NCBI GenBank assembly: GCA_051362555.1
Contig: CM120643.1
Location: 17,612,848 to 17,676,847 of the forward strand
Source of the DNA: Lingula anatina
Taxonomy: Eukaryota > Animalia > Brachiopoda
Direction of reading: 5' to 3'
Length of the DNA stretch: 64,000 nucleotides
Of this stretch, positions 13,522 through 26,719 are shown piece after piece. The notes below the pieces were generated by a model. The model had not been told where the DNA came from, did not search any database, and saw only the letters and a list, made by a program, of their open reading frames with translations. Every line of letters begins with the position of its first letter. Position 1 is the stretch's first letter. Position numbers and translations under genes: made by a program.

Positions 13522-14681
13522 ATACCTCTTAAGTCTTGGCAAATTTCATATAGGAAATCAAGTTAGTTGCACTGTTTAACTTGGAGAGATGGCCGTGGAA
13601 AGTCTACTTTCGATGTTGATCTAGCAGTGCCTGCAGTGATTATCATAAATTGCAATTATTGTCAAAACTATTAAAATATGGTCCAATATTAGAATCAGAG
13701 CTTTTACTGAGTCAGTCACAGTAAATAGGTCGTGACTAAGGTACCTACCAGAGGAGCCAAGCGAAGCACGTTCATTATAGAAACATATCATTTTGACTGA
13801 GTGGTTAATCAGTTCAAAAATAACTTGTCTTTCCTTCTCTGGATATGAAGCTAAAAAGAAGGCATGGGATAAAATTAAATTTTATTTTCATCTTTAACAC
13901 TCTTTAACACTCTTACCGTGGTAAGCAACTGTTTCTGCAGTTATTGTATTTATTTATTTATCTATTTATTTACATCATTGTCCTATGTTCCCATTGTATC
14001 TAACACATCACGAAAATTGTAGCCTCGATGCTTTAAGAAAATCGACTATCAAAGGTACTACTGTACTACAGTGCCTAGCAATGTGCTCATGTTTTATAAA
14101 CACGATTGCAAATCCTCATTTTGAATACTGCGTTTTTATTAGGTAATTTAGACTGTCAAAAAGATTAACTGCTATGAATAGGGATTTACCAAATGTCTAT
14201 TCTTTGAATTTTCTCGGCTGATCAAAATGAATCCCATGAAACACAGAGTTGGTGTGATGTTATTGGCAACAAATACGTGAAAAAAAACACTATTTCCTGG
14301 AAGAAATAAAAGCGTGTTTTGTCACGCACACTGAAGCCAACTGACACGCCTCGATATCAAAGGGCCTTGCTTCAAAGGCGCCGTTGTTCTTTGTCCTTAT
14401 ATAAGTATTCAGAAGCTGAACATGTTCTGTTTGCGTGTTACCGCTATGGCCTTTTCAAGGCAACAAAGTAGACACAACACTGGCTACATTCTGTACACGT
14501 GTATATGAGCAATGTGATTTAAGAAGTATTTGAACTAATTACATATTTTCTTTGGCGTTACAAAATGAAAAATCATAAGAACATTCCAAATTTGTGAATA
14601 CTATAGTTTAGTACAAAAACTGATTCTCTGGAGTCTGAAGACATTCTTTTCAAGGATTGCTTACCTGGCTGACGCATTTTT

Positions 14682-15209
14682 CTTCGGCTCGTGGAATAAA
14701 AAAAAAACATAAAACTGACCAGAATTAATAGGCGAGCTTTCGTATTAGAACATAAAAATAAAAAAGGTCATAAAGCCAAAACTTAACTAAAAATAAACTT
14801 ATCTCTAATTATTCGTTCCTCAGTCTTTGCAAAAAAAGACGAATGCAGAGAGTATCAAGACTAGATTATGTGCATTATAAGGAAATATCTGGCTTTAAAT
14901 CATTGTGTGATCAGTTCTGATTTCGAAGCAATGCATCAATTGAGCTTCGGCTCGTGGAATAAAAAAAAAACATAAAACTGACCAGAATTAATAGGCGAGC
15001 TTTCGTATTAGAACATAAAAATAAAAAAGGTCATAAAGCCAAAACTTAACTAAAAATAAACTTATCTCTAATTATTCGTTCCTCAGTCTTTGCAAAAAAA
15101 GACGAATGCAGAGAGTATCAAGACTAGATTATGTGCATTATAAGGAAATATCTGGCTTTAAATCATTGTGTGATCAGTTCTGATTTCGAAGCAATGCATC
15201 AATTGAGCT
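14682..15209. repeat. Apparently perfect 263-bp tandem duplication
   Basis: 14682-14944 is repeated at 14945-15207; CT microhomology at the junction. Confidence 0.95.
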
Positions 15210-18200
15210 GAGCATACTGTCTTGAAAGCAGGGTTCTCTTGTCTCTAGCACTCATATTCATGTTTTTTTATGTCCAAGCTATTTCACTACAGATACCACA
15301 GCTAGAGATTTCTGGTTCCAGCACTTGCATATTCACGTTTTTCGTATCCTCTGAGCAAGCCAATACTGAAAATTAAGTAGGGTGCCAGAGGCTGATTATT
15401 TGGATTTACTCTTTTGATAAGTGAAATAAATTTTTACCAAGTGCGGTTCTTTGACAAAAAGAGGGGTGTGTCCGAAGACACTCAAGTTCATTGAAATAAA
15501 TGTTAAGACTGAAGGCTAATCGGGTGAAAGACGGGGAATAGATGAAGTTTGTTTTAAAAGATGACGAAGGATCGAACTTGGCCAGATTGCTTAAAATGCT
15601 GAAACTATAGCTATATCTAGATGTGGAATCAGACACCTGGTGACTTTATTTCCCAATATGGCCGCCAAGAGCGTATCTGGCAGGGGCAGGGATTTCGGGG
15701 AGGGTTTGGACTAAATTGAACAATACCCCATTATTGAGTTTTTAAATATAATACCAATTTTAGATTTAACAAATCCCAGCTGATTTTAGGCTGGTAATAT
15801 TTGGGTAAGACTACGTGGGAAATTTCAGGACACAGTGGAGATTTTCTGATAACGTAAATGGGAACCCTACTCCAGAGTATATATATATATGAACAAGCCT
15901 TGTCTACCATATTCTTTTGAAAAAAGTAGAATTGCAGGGCGGATTACTGAGTCCACCAGAGTGGAATAATGAGTCCACGTTTTCAACCAAAGTAGTGTTT
16001 CTTTAATTCTGCACCATCGCCACTGTTTCTGATCGTGGCAAAGTAAACTCCAAGGATATTTTGTGTTAATTTCCTACAAGTGTTTTTAATTCACAATTCA
16101 CCTGTTTTCCATCGTGGGGAATTAAACGACAAACGGGAAATACTGGAAAAAAAGAATATGGAAGCAAAATCAATGGTCGACAAGAGATACCCAATTAGTC
16201 AAAAAATCAATTCCGCGGGAAAAAAAGTTATTTGCAGGCAACTAAGTAACTTTATATTGAGCTAAATTCTGGAGACAGGGAACACACATCCTGTCTTGGG
16301 CTGCAATTTCGACTTTTCAGTGAATTATGACTTCCATTATAGAGCGCCATTGCCTATCGAGTGTGATAAATGCTGTTGTAGGACCTAAACGGCCGATGGG
16401 GAGATGTTTATAGTGAACATCAATGACGAAAAAGGGACCATCTTTCTCCTGATTCAATTTATTCATAAATACAGCCATTCAGTTATTTTTGTATTGATTT
16501 TTTTGCATGCTTCAAGGGGTTTTCTTTTTATGACATGTTTTCATAAAACTTTTAAAGGAATACAATTATGTCCAGTTTGAATGCTTGGAAAATGTCATTT
16601 TTTGTATGGTTTTAAACATGCTGTTACCATGACCACCCATTGATTATGATGGGTCATGATAATTGAATGAAATGATTCTTATGTAGTTTTTGTAATTAAG
16701 GCTATTTGATTCATTCAATTTCAATATCTTATTATTTCATCTGTTATGGTTGTCATGTGCGGAATCGGTTTTGCATGCCATTGATATGATCAAAAAGTGG
16801 TTTTACTAGATTCTAGTTATTGTGATTTCTGATTTCGAACCATAATTTGAAAACTATTAAGGATTATTACTTTGTCATGTACATATCTGGTTTTTGGACC
16901 AGATTGATATTGAAATATACATGTACCATCTACCAGTAGTATATAGTATATATGTGTTGTAGGTTGATAATTTTACAATTTGTTAATATAAATGTTAACT
17001 TATGTGAATTTACAAATAGAGTAAAATTAAATAATTACCACACTGCGTACAAAAATTTAAATTAACTAATGTGAATGATTCTTCTAGCCGTTGAAAGAAA
17101 AGCGCTCATTCTATGATACCCGTATTCACCATTTCGTGAAAAGACGTTTTTCTGGCATGAAAAGACAGCAAATGACCAACAACTGAAATTATCTACAGTG
17201 TATGTGTGTTGAAAAAATGACTCATATTAGATATCTGTCCAAGAGCAAAAAGTAATTACTGCCATACCGCGTTAATAGTGGTCAGAAATTAATTGTCACT
17301 ATCGAAACGATCAAACGCTTCCAGTGACCTTGCAGGACTTATTGATGAGAATCTGAGTAATTGGATAATGCAGTAATTTACTAGCACTTTGACATTAGGC
17401 CACCTAGTCCATCTCTGCAGGTTTCTTCAATACGTGTTCTTTTTTTCATTAAATGCTTGAGAGATTATATTAATCTAGCTGCAACTGACTGTAAGTATCG
17501 GTTCTGGTGTCAACTGTTGATCATTGTAAATACTTATATTTATAATCATACTTTTTAGTTTTTGTTTTTCAACAAATGTGATAACAAGAAAATGAAGGTC
17601 TGCACGTAAATATGCTTCCAGTATTTCTGTCAGTTAAAGTGCAATTGATCTAAAGAGGAAAACGATACATTTGACCGAAACCAAAAGTATGGAATGCCAG
17701 TTAGTGTTGGTGCCAATATATTACAGACGAGATAAAGTCGAACGGGTATAGCAAACTATCGCTGAGATGATTATGCTTTATTTTATTCTTTTTTATCTTA
17801 TTTTATTTATCTATCAATCTATATCTTTACACCTTTTAATCTTTATGGGTTTTCATTTATTTATTTATTTATATTTTATCCATGGGAGCGTAGGCGACAA
17901 AAATGCCTTTGCCCTTCAATCATTCTACGCGCTAAGTTCAATGATATCTCAATCATCACGATGTCAGTGGTTCAGCACGGAGATAACAGTTTGCACTTCT
18001 ATTTATTGATGATTTCTAAAACCAAATTAGAGTCAGCCAAGGTCAGATAGAGTGTTCTCAAAATACGTATGAAAAGCTGATGGTTTGGAAATTGAATTCA
18101 TCAGAGTAATTCGAATTTCATTACACAGGGTAGACTACTATGCAGACAGTAGTGTAGACTACGTATTTACTGTAAATTGGTTTGAAAAAACAGATTTAGA

Positions 18201-18999
18201 GAAAGAGGAACTATGATGGTAACGGCTAAATTACAGTAATGCGTTTTAGGAGGAAACAAAACCTGATGTTTTGAAGTTCAAGTCTTTCATTGATTCAGCA
18301 AGTTCTTTCACCCCCAGCAAGAGCGAAAGAAATGTTGGATGCCTCCATGGAATATTTGCAGTTCTGCTTATGACAGAAACTCCCATTTGTGGGTCCCAGG
18401 GCGGATTTTTCCCTTCAGAGTATACAACAGGGAATGGGTCCGCTAAATTATTTTAGAAATGGACCAAACATCCTTAGATCTGATTATTTTTTTAAAACCT
18501 GAAAGATGGGCTTACATCAATAAAGAAACTCAGGTGACAGATTGGTGCTTGGTTGTCATAGCCATATATATCTTTAATTGTTAGACGTAACTTTGAACTT
18601 TGTTTACTGAATTGTTTAACAACTTCATGGTAACGCAAACTTAACGCAGATGTACGGTTGTGTGAAAAAAAAGACCGTTAACTATCTGTTTATTGAAAGT
18701 TAAAGAAACGAACATACATCAATGACAGTATCGGATATACGTGCTCTGTATGTTCAGCTTCAACTGTGAAGGCAACATTATACCGAATGTTTCCCAAGGC
18801 ATATTCTACTGCGTGAATGAACAAGCCAGCAGAAGGTATCAGTCCATGGAATTGTGTAGTGGCGCTAGTCACTGCTGTAGGTGAAATCTCCAGCCTAACA
18901 TCCTGAGGTAACGATCAAATTGCTTCAGATTAGTTGCACCATTAAACAGTCGATTTGACACACGAATCCTACTGAGAATCGAACTTGATGTGGGTTCTG

Positions 19000-19002
<3 letters not shown>

Positions 19003-19048
<46 letters not shown>

Positions 19049-19087
19049 TAGAGAGAGAGAGAGAAAGAGAGAAAGAGACGGAGACAG

Positions 19088-19132
<45 letters not shown>
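19003..19132. repeat. Compound (GT)n(GA)n microsatellite
   Basis: Direct reading. Confidence 0.95.
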
Positions 19133-20676
19133 CGATATAAATCAGGAAGAGTGTGCAGTCATGTCAAAATGCGATTCCCTTTTTGATATCCAAGGTCCAC
19201 CATCCTCTTGAAACTGAGAGAAGCACGGGTCAACAGCAAGCTCCATGGGCAGAATAGGACATCCCACCGACGTGGGTATTATTTATGGCATTACTTTACA
19301 GATTCATTGGCAACACAAGTGTGTGTGCATGCTGCACAAAAATTATAATTCACCAATACAGACGATTTATTTCCTTCACTGGATAATACCACGTATCATT
19401 ATATAGTGTATATCGTGGGATAATGTCCGGAGCAACAGTAGTTGATGGTGTAGTACATGCTCAAGAATCAGATGGCTTCTCAAACAATAGAACAGTTTTT
19501 AGAATTCTGCTCTTAGACATGTATGGTCGTAATTTGGCTGTATTTTTAACTAAAAAGGACAGGTTGGTGACAATTTAGATAGACACGATCTCCTGTAGTG
19601 TATGTAGGGTATGTCATGAGCGTCACGGGTGCGTGTTTTTTTTTCTTCAAAAAAAAAAGTCAACTATTTACACAAAATCCCAATTTCATTTATTGCTTTT
19701 GGCGCATTTTCCGGTGGTACGACCCTGGGAAACTCTTCCCTCTTCCAGCTCATTTCTGATCGAATAACGCAAAATGGCTTAAAAAGTCTGGTTGGATATT
19801 TGAAATTGCGGTCTTCAAAGAACATGAGGTTATCGCTGCTTAGATGATTACTTAATGGATCATCATAAAAAAGACTTGACAAGAAAGTCGACATTGGTTG
19901 CTCCACTTAATAAACTCATTTTCACCATACACAGCGTCTTTTTAACTAATGATCTACGCTTACAGCTTTGTAAATCAAGTCTCCAAAATGCCCCAATGTT
20001 TAGATTAAATGCATTTGCCTAACGAATCGTTTTTTATTTGCAAAGATCAAAGATATTATCCAGGGAAGGATTAAGAGCGTCATTAAATGTTAATTGTCAG
20101 ACGCAGAGATACATGTATAAATCTCGAATGCCTTCAAACTAATTGTTTTGGTGAGTTCTGGGAGCGTGAAATGTTATGATTGTATTGAATACAGCGTAAA
20201 TGAATTGATGACCGTTATATGCGGATAGTTTTTTAGAATAGATATCTTTAATCCCCGCGTAAGAGACGGTCAATCGTGTAAAACTGACCATTTTGAAAAC
20301 AATGCCACCAAGAAAAATTAAAAATTAATTTGAATTTTAAATATATAACTTGCATATGTATTCTTTTTAAAATGTGTATGATGTTGCCAAAAAGCAACTA
20401 AATTTTGACTTTATGTTTGTTATCCTTGCTTGTAGAGAGAGAGATTCAGACGAAATTTAGAATTCAAAAGGTCGATTACTTATGTCACGATGCTTTTATA
20501 TTTCAAAATCCGTGTTGTATTTTCGTTGATAGAAAACTTCAAATCAACGATAAGTATTACAGCATTATTCTTTACATGTGGTACATGTTTCACATGCCAT
20601 ACGTTTGTGTACATGTACATGCAAACAGAACAGGCATGCCAGTCGCTCAACCCGTCTATCCCACTGCAAACAAAGT

Positions 20677-20966
20677 GATTAAAGAAAAAAAACGTACACG
20701 GAAGCAGTGCAGATATTACGTTATTGCAATAGGTCAAAGCAAGTCCCAGTTCAGTTCGCTAATATCCTAGCGATTAAAGAAAAAAACGTACCCGGAAGCA
20801 GTGCAGATATTACGTTATTGCAATAGGTCAAAGCAAGTCCCAGTTCAGTTCGCTAATATCCTAGCGATTAAAGAAAAAAACGTACCCGGAAGCAGTGCAG
20901 ATATTACGTTATTGCAATAGGTCAAAGCAAGTCCCAGTTCAGTTCGCTAATATCTTAGCGACTAAA
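20677..20966. repeat. Three-copy 94-95-bp tandem repeat
   Basis: Units start at 20677, 20772 and 20866 (GATTAAAGAAAAAAACGTAC...CGCTAATATCCTAGC); near identical. Confidence 0.95.
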
Positions 20967-23838
20967 CGCGTAGGGCCCAATAGATTAAGTCTAAGATTGA
21001 CTTTATCTTAATCCTCCCTCTGTAACATAGTTGTTCGTGATGAAAGGAGCTCTCTAATGACAAAGCAACGAAATTTGCCTACTTATAGGTCGACTCTTAT
21101 TTCGGAAATGTCGATATAGTTCCCTATCAGGTGGATTTTTGCCAATATGTTGCCCGTGGACGCATCAGCCGGGTTCGTTCAGGGTTAAAAGAGAAAATTG
21201 CATTCTATTTCTAAGTATTATTGAAAGAGGATGTCGTCATTTGTAAAGCAGAGGTTCATCAATGCAGAATTGCTGTTTATAGGCTGCTTTCCAGTTTGGT
21301 TGACGGCATGTGTCATTAAGATTGTAACCCAGGGGGTTGAAGTTGTATATACAATCTTAAGAGCATTGTAATAAAAATAAAATAGTTTAAGTTTGAATGG
21401 AACTAAGTTAAAAGGGTTTTTCTCTATTATAGACTTAAGCTACAATGGAGGGAAGAACAGAGTTTTAAACAGAATTGTGGCCAAAGATTTTTTGTCGGGC
21501 GTGATACATTATTTCAACACAAATAAACAGATATGAAGTCCACATGAGATACATATTTTCCCGAATTAACATTTTGGATATTTACCACTTAAACGAGTGG
21601 CTTATTTAACACGGAATCGGCATTGTGTGTTCTATCAAGAGCTGTAAATCTTGATGAATATTTGTAATAAGTGAATCTCATTTACGAAAACCTCTGATAC
21701 CCGGGAAAGGTGTTTCCACAGAATCTAACATTGAGGTGCAAAGATAGAGAATTAATTTATAGGTGGATTGCGCATTAAAGAGAAACATCTTCTTTGAACC
21801 CATCTTATATTGGATCTAAAACTTACCCACAACTTTAAATCATAATTAAACCATACTGTCTTGGGGGGGGGGATTCTTGCTGAACGTGCCTGTGTGTGAG
21901 CAGCGTAGTGACTATGAAATCATTAACACGTCAGAGAAAGATAATGTGTCGGCCATCTATCAATTATAATGTATATGATGGTATTAACTGTTCGCCCCAT
22001 TTAGCTGATAATCTGTTTTATCGCTAAGGATTATGTGTGTGTAAAAATGTCATTAACAAGAGCTGATTTCGAGTTGATGGAATCCCTACAGAGGGGATTA
22101 ATTGAATCGACATATTTTAGAAATGTTGTCATTGTTTGCTTTATTGTTAATACGCACTAAAGTTCCACATTTACTCTAAGATTAATGTAATGTTTTTGGG
22201 TTTGCCTTTGTTCAATTGAATTAGATCGAGAGAATACTTAGAGTAGAAAGTCATGCTAGAAAAAGGCAAGCCTCTCTTCCTGCTAACATTGACCCACCAC
22301 TTCAAGTGACACGTCTATACGCTTGGTCAGGCATCGACCTCGACCAAAACAACAAACAATGTAATATTCATACTTTGAAACATTTGATATGTATCATTAC
22401 CAATTCTGAAAGCTAGAAAATAAGGGCATGCAAGAATACATTGACACGAAGATGAACTCCATTCAACTTGTCCACTATGTCCCCTGAAACCCTCTATATC
22501 CTGCGTCTACTCGCGTGGGCTGTTTAATTAAATGCACATTAGTATCAGTGATCGAAGATAACAAAGTAATTTACAATTCATCTCTAAAAATCAAGAGAAA
22601 TAAGATAGGCAATGGAATATTTGATGACAACAGGTCAATCAACATAAATACGGGTTTCCATTGATAGCATGGGACTGGAATTACTGAGGCAGTAGGTCAC
22701 GTTAAACGTCTCGGTTATGATTAAACCTCAAATGACACTTGCCACTGACAGTCCATCATCGTCGTGATGTGCATTACTAGTGGGATCCCAATAAAAATCA
22801 TTTGAACGACACCTAGCGGAAAACTGTGGAGGAGGAGCTAAAGCTACCCGTACATGTAACTAAAACTCGATAGACTATATGGGAGCGTTCAGATAAATCC
22901 ATCATACAAGTTGGATCAATCCAACTTTGCGGGAGATTCTCCCTAAGTGCAATCACTGTAAACAGCTTAATTGTCTGCTAGAGGGTAATAGAACGTTAGA
23001 AAGTTAATTACCACCTAGCCATCAAGGAGGCGTGACAGAGAATTAAGCTTATTGAACTGTATACAATTAAGTGAGAATCGGAGAGTTGAATCGATCCAGC
23101 TGGTACGATGTTTGAATCTGAACGCGTCTATAATGTTACAAGACTCTAAAGATTGATTTATTTTGAAAAAAAAAAATGATGAATATAAAACATCCATGAG
23201 GATACACATTTTCTTCGACCTACTGGTTACCTTGCAATGATATTTTGCGGAAATTTATCATCTTAAGCTGGCTGCGTGATCTAGCTCTGTGTGCAGACGT
23301 TTTCAACCCATGCTGCGTTCCATTTTTTCACGTGCAGGTTGCATGTGGCCTGTCCGTTGTAACCGAATGTGCTTTGTCTCAACTACCGCAATCAAGACGG
23401 TTGTAATGATTACAGTACATTTATCGCATGTAACACAATTTTATGCCAGCACGTTGTGCGCAATGTGCTGGAAAGACATCTAACGCAATCCAGGCACGCG
23501 GTGCTTTTCTCAAATACAACGCAATCACGGTGTCACTAACTGTGCACAATGTTGTTATAAAACCCAGGCCTAAGATTGATACAAACCAATCCCATCTAGC
23601 CTTTTCTCAGCTCGCACTGGGCATTTCCTTGTGGAAGCCTCATCAGTCAAAATGAATAAATATATAAACAAACAATCGAATACATAATGAGGTTGAAGAA
23701 AGGAAAAATGATATGGAAAAAAATGACAGGCACATTAATATTTGAAAAAGAAAAATATGGATAATTACAGAAGAGGTAATCACTTGGTTTGCGTTTTGGT
23801 AGATGTGGGTCTGACTTTCTCAATTGTAAAAGGGGTGA

Positions 23839-24132
23839 CAGGGGCCCATTTGGGGGGGGGGGGTAGTGATCACAGTTCACAAGAAATCAATAACCAATTA
23901 GCAAGTCACTGTAAAAATTTATTCATATCTTACTGATAATGCAAGTCGAAAATCCTTAAAATCACCAAGTATAATGACTTCTTTTCACGAAGGGTCAAAA
24001 ATAGAAAACCGCATTCACGAGTCATGGGAATGGGGTGTTTCACGGATCACGCTCAATAATATGAGTGATTCACGCATCTCGGGGAAATAAAAAGTGACTT
24101 TCACGGGTAACGAAAATACCACATGGGACCCT
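23839..24132. mobile_element. Degenerate MITE with repeated (T)TCACG subterminal motifs
   Basis: Imperfect ends AGGGGCCCATTTGG / AGGGTCCCATGTGG; at least six TCACG copies between 23984 and 24105. Confidence 0.45.
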
Positions 24133-25434
24133 CAGGTGCAAATGGGTACTGGGTAGCAGAGGCGATATTTTGGACATCAAACCTAAAGAAATTTACAGGG
24201 TTGTATTTGGCTTTCAAACCGGAATATCTATGCAAACATCGGTCAAAAATTATTTCTGTCACCTTCGGTGACCGGTTGGTTTTCATTGGTACATGTAATA
24301 TTCTCCACAGCCATGGTAAATGTCTGACAATGAACATCGGGTCTTATAGAGGACTTTCACCGTACTAAACGGATATATTTTGACAATTCTTTTAATGCCA
24401 ACTGACACTTCTGTTATTATGAACGTAGGAGTAAGAACCAGCGAAAGAATACTAACGCGATACAAAAAGGCGAAAAGGAAAAAATTGGAAACGAAAATGA
24501 ACAAGGCAATGTGCCAAATCGTGCAGAAGCGCTTTTCTTTTTGTCGGTTTTTTCTTTTTGTCGTCGTCTTCGTGCAGTCAGGAAATTATTTGAGAAACGT
24601 GAGCACGCTGTTATCTTCGCCAGGCCCGCGTCCTCACTGAGATTAGAATTTGTTTTATTAAATTCGTGACTAATCCAAGCAGTCCATTAGACGAAACCCT
24701 TCAGGTAAACCAATACCCTTGATTTGAAGCAAGTTTCAGGGTTTCTAATCAATTCCCTTACCTCGGCTTATATGATTCAAATCATCTGGAAATATTTGGA
24801 CGTCCATGCAGAATACATATATCCGACTTTCTCATATTTCTGATTAGCATTGCACTCTGTTTCGTTGTACTTCCTTGGAACGGGCGTAACTGACATTTAA
24901 CAAGGCCGATCGCTGCGTTGCTCAAGCTACACATTAATATTTACTAGTTTCCTTTTCAGACTGCCATCAGCAACACGGTGGTAGAAATATTTACAAGGCC
25001 GTAAATTCCGTCTGTTGAACCATTGTGTTTAAATCAAGTCTCGTTGTTATAAGAAATGCAACACACTTAGTTTCCACCACAAAGTCAAGGTACCCAATCG
25101 ATATTTTTCCTGTTGAAAACGAATGTAAAATCTGTTAGTTCGACGATTCATGTGAAGTGTAATCAGATCAGTTGTTATTCGCACTTTTGACAAGTCTGAA
25201 AAATACTTTGCTTTTTTTAAGTTATTTTACGCTCTCCTCGCCCATAACACTGCACCATATTGTTTGCGGCGACGCTTGTCCACGTTTGTAGAAGGAAGTA
25301 AAGTCCGTTCTTAGTATTACACCCTTACGTACCTCTCACAGTGGAACACTTGGAAACGACCACCTGAGTGATATAGAATGCATATAAAAAACATACCATG
25401 GAAATGTGAGACATTCTGCTCGGTCCACCGGTAG

Positions 25435-26074
25435 TGTTATACAATTTGTCTCTGCCTTTAAATCACATTTTCAATCACGGAAGAGAAACCAAAATTAGGA
25501 ACAAAAGTCCAGGTAAAGTAATAAATTTAGATAATTAAAGGTACACCCCTTTCGGTTGACAGAAAAGGGAGACCCGGTGACGATCCTAAAATTGTAGAGG
25601 TACTTAGGCCTCATTATTTCCATTTGGTTCTTTTGATCTCTTCCACCCAAAACAGTCACTACACCTGGGAAAATTTTAGTTGAGGCCAGTCCCAGGTCCG
25701 AGCGTTATGTAACCTTCCTACCCGGAGAACATACCCGTGTTCAGGGCTACTATGAAATGTAATATAGTCCCTGCATTTAGTTTTATCATACTCCCTATTA
25801 ATTACGTATGTTACATTTAGTTCCTTTATTATTCCTATAAATTACACACATTTAGTAATAGTTATTGGGCACACAGGACTTAGAACGATTCCCTATAAAA
25901 TGAGGGCTTCTCAGTTAGTGAGAGAGAGACCCCGGGAGATCGTCGTGACTGTCCCTGCCTGCGTGCCAGATTGTAGCCCGTCAACAAATAAAGATCTTCA
26001 TGAGATTCCATTGATGTCTTCGGTGTTTTCAAGTTTGCTACTCGCTCAGAATTAAGTAACCAACCGGGGTTACA
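25435..26074 (+). mobile_element. Solo-LTR-like element, copy 1
   Basis: TG...CA ends (TGTTATAC...GGTTACA), TATAAAA at 25894, AATAAA at 25987; colinear with the reverse complement of 53834-54544. The LTR call is inference; no 4-6 bp TSD seen. Confidence 0.7.
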
Positions 26075-26636
26075 TATATATATATAACATAAAATACACA
26101 TGTGGAATGCTTTAAAGAACATCAATAAAGATGCACATCAATCTATTTGTCGTTGTTACCTGTTACTCAGCTTTGCTGCTACTGCACTTTGACGATGTAT
26201 TTGGCTGACGCAGACAATCTACTCAGTAGTACCAATTTAAGTCACTGTTACAGTAATTCTTTTTATCCCTGTTTACCTACATGTTTTATGTATTCTATTT
26301 TATTTATTTATTTATTTTTTACTTCACTTCATTTAACTTGTCTATCTATAGGTTATTTTAGAACAAATTCTCTCAGTAATCTTAGTTTGATTAGTACGGG
26401 GTAAGCGTGGTTGTGTATCACTTATGAAAGCTTTGTTTTCAGAGAAATCGCACTGAGTTCCAATTGCTTAGAATTACCCACGCAGCACGCATTCTGGATG
26501 TCAATGTCTGTGAAAACCCTTGGAGATGGATGAACAAGGAAAAAGACGGGGTTTGATTTATAAATAGCGAGTTGCATAGTATAACTGCATCATTATACAT
26601 TTCTGACGAGCACTTATTGCTGGCAAAAGTCCAGAC

Positions 26637-26714
<78 letters not shown>
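26637..26714. repeat. Compound (CT)n(CA)n microsatellite
   Basis: Direct reading. Confidence 0.95.

Positions 26715-26719
<5 letters not shown>

Noticed and set aside
15378-15869. Possible hAT-like MITE (TAGGGTGCCA / TGGGAACCCTA)
   Set aside because: Ends are short and imperfect, with no 8-bp TSD.
20677-20966. CRISPR-like periodicity
   Set aside because: Units are wholly repeated with no unique spacers; eukaryotic context and no cas genes.
25708-26074. Shorter LTR bounded by TGTAACC...GGTTACA
   Set aside because: Homology with 53834-54544 extends upstream to 25435, so 25708 is internal to the element.
26147-26404. 85-aa ORF with YSNSFYP, like a CR1/L2 3' end
   Set aside because: A single short motif only; insufficient evidence.
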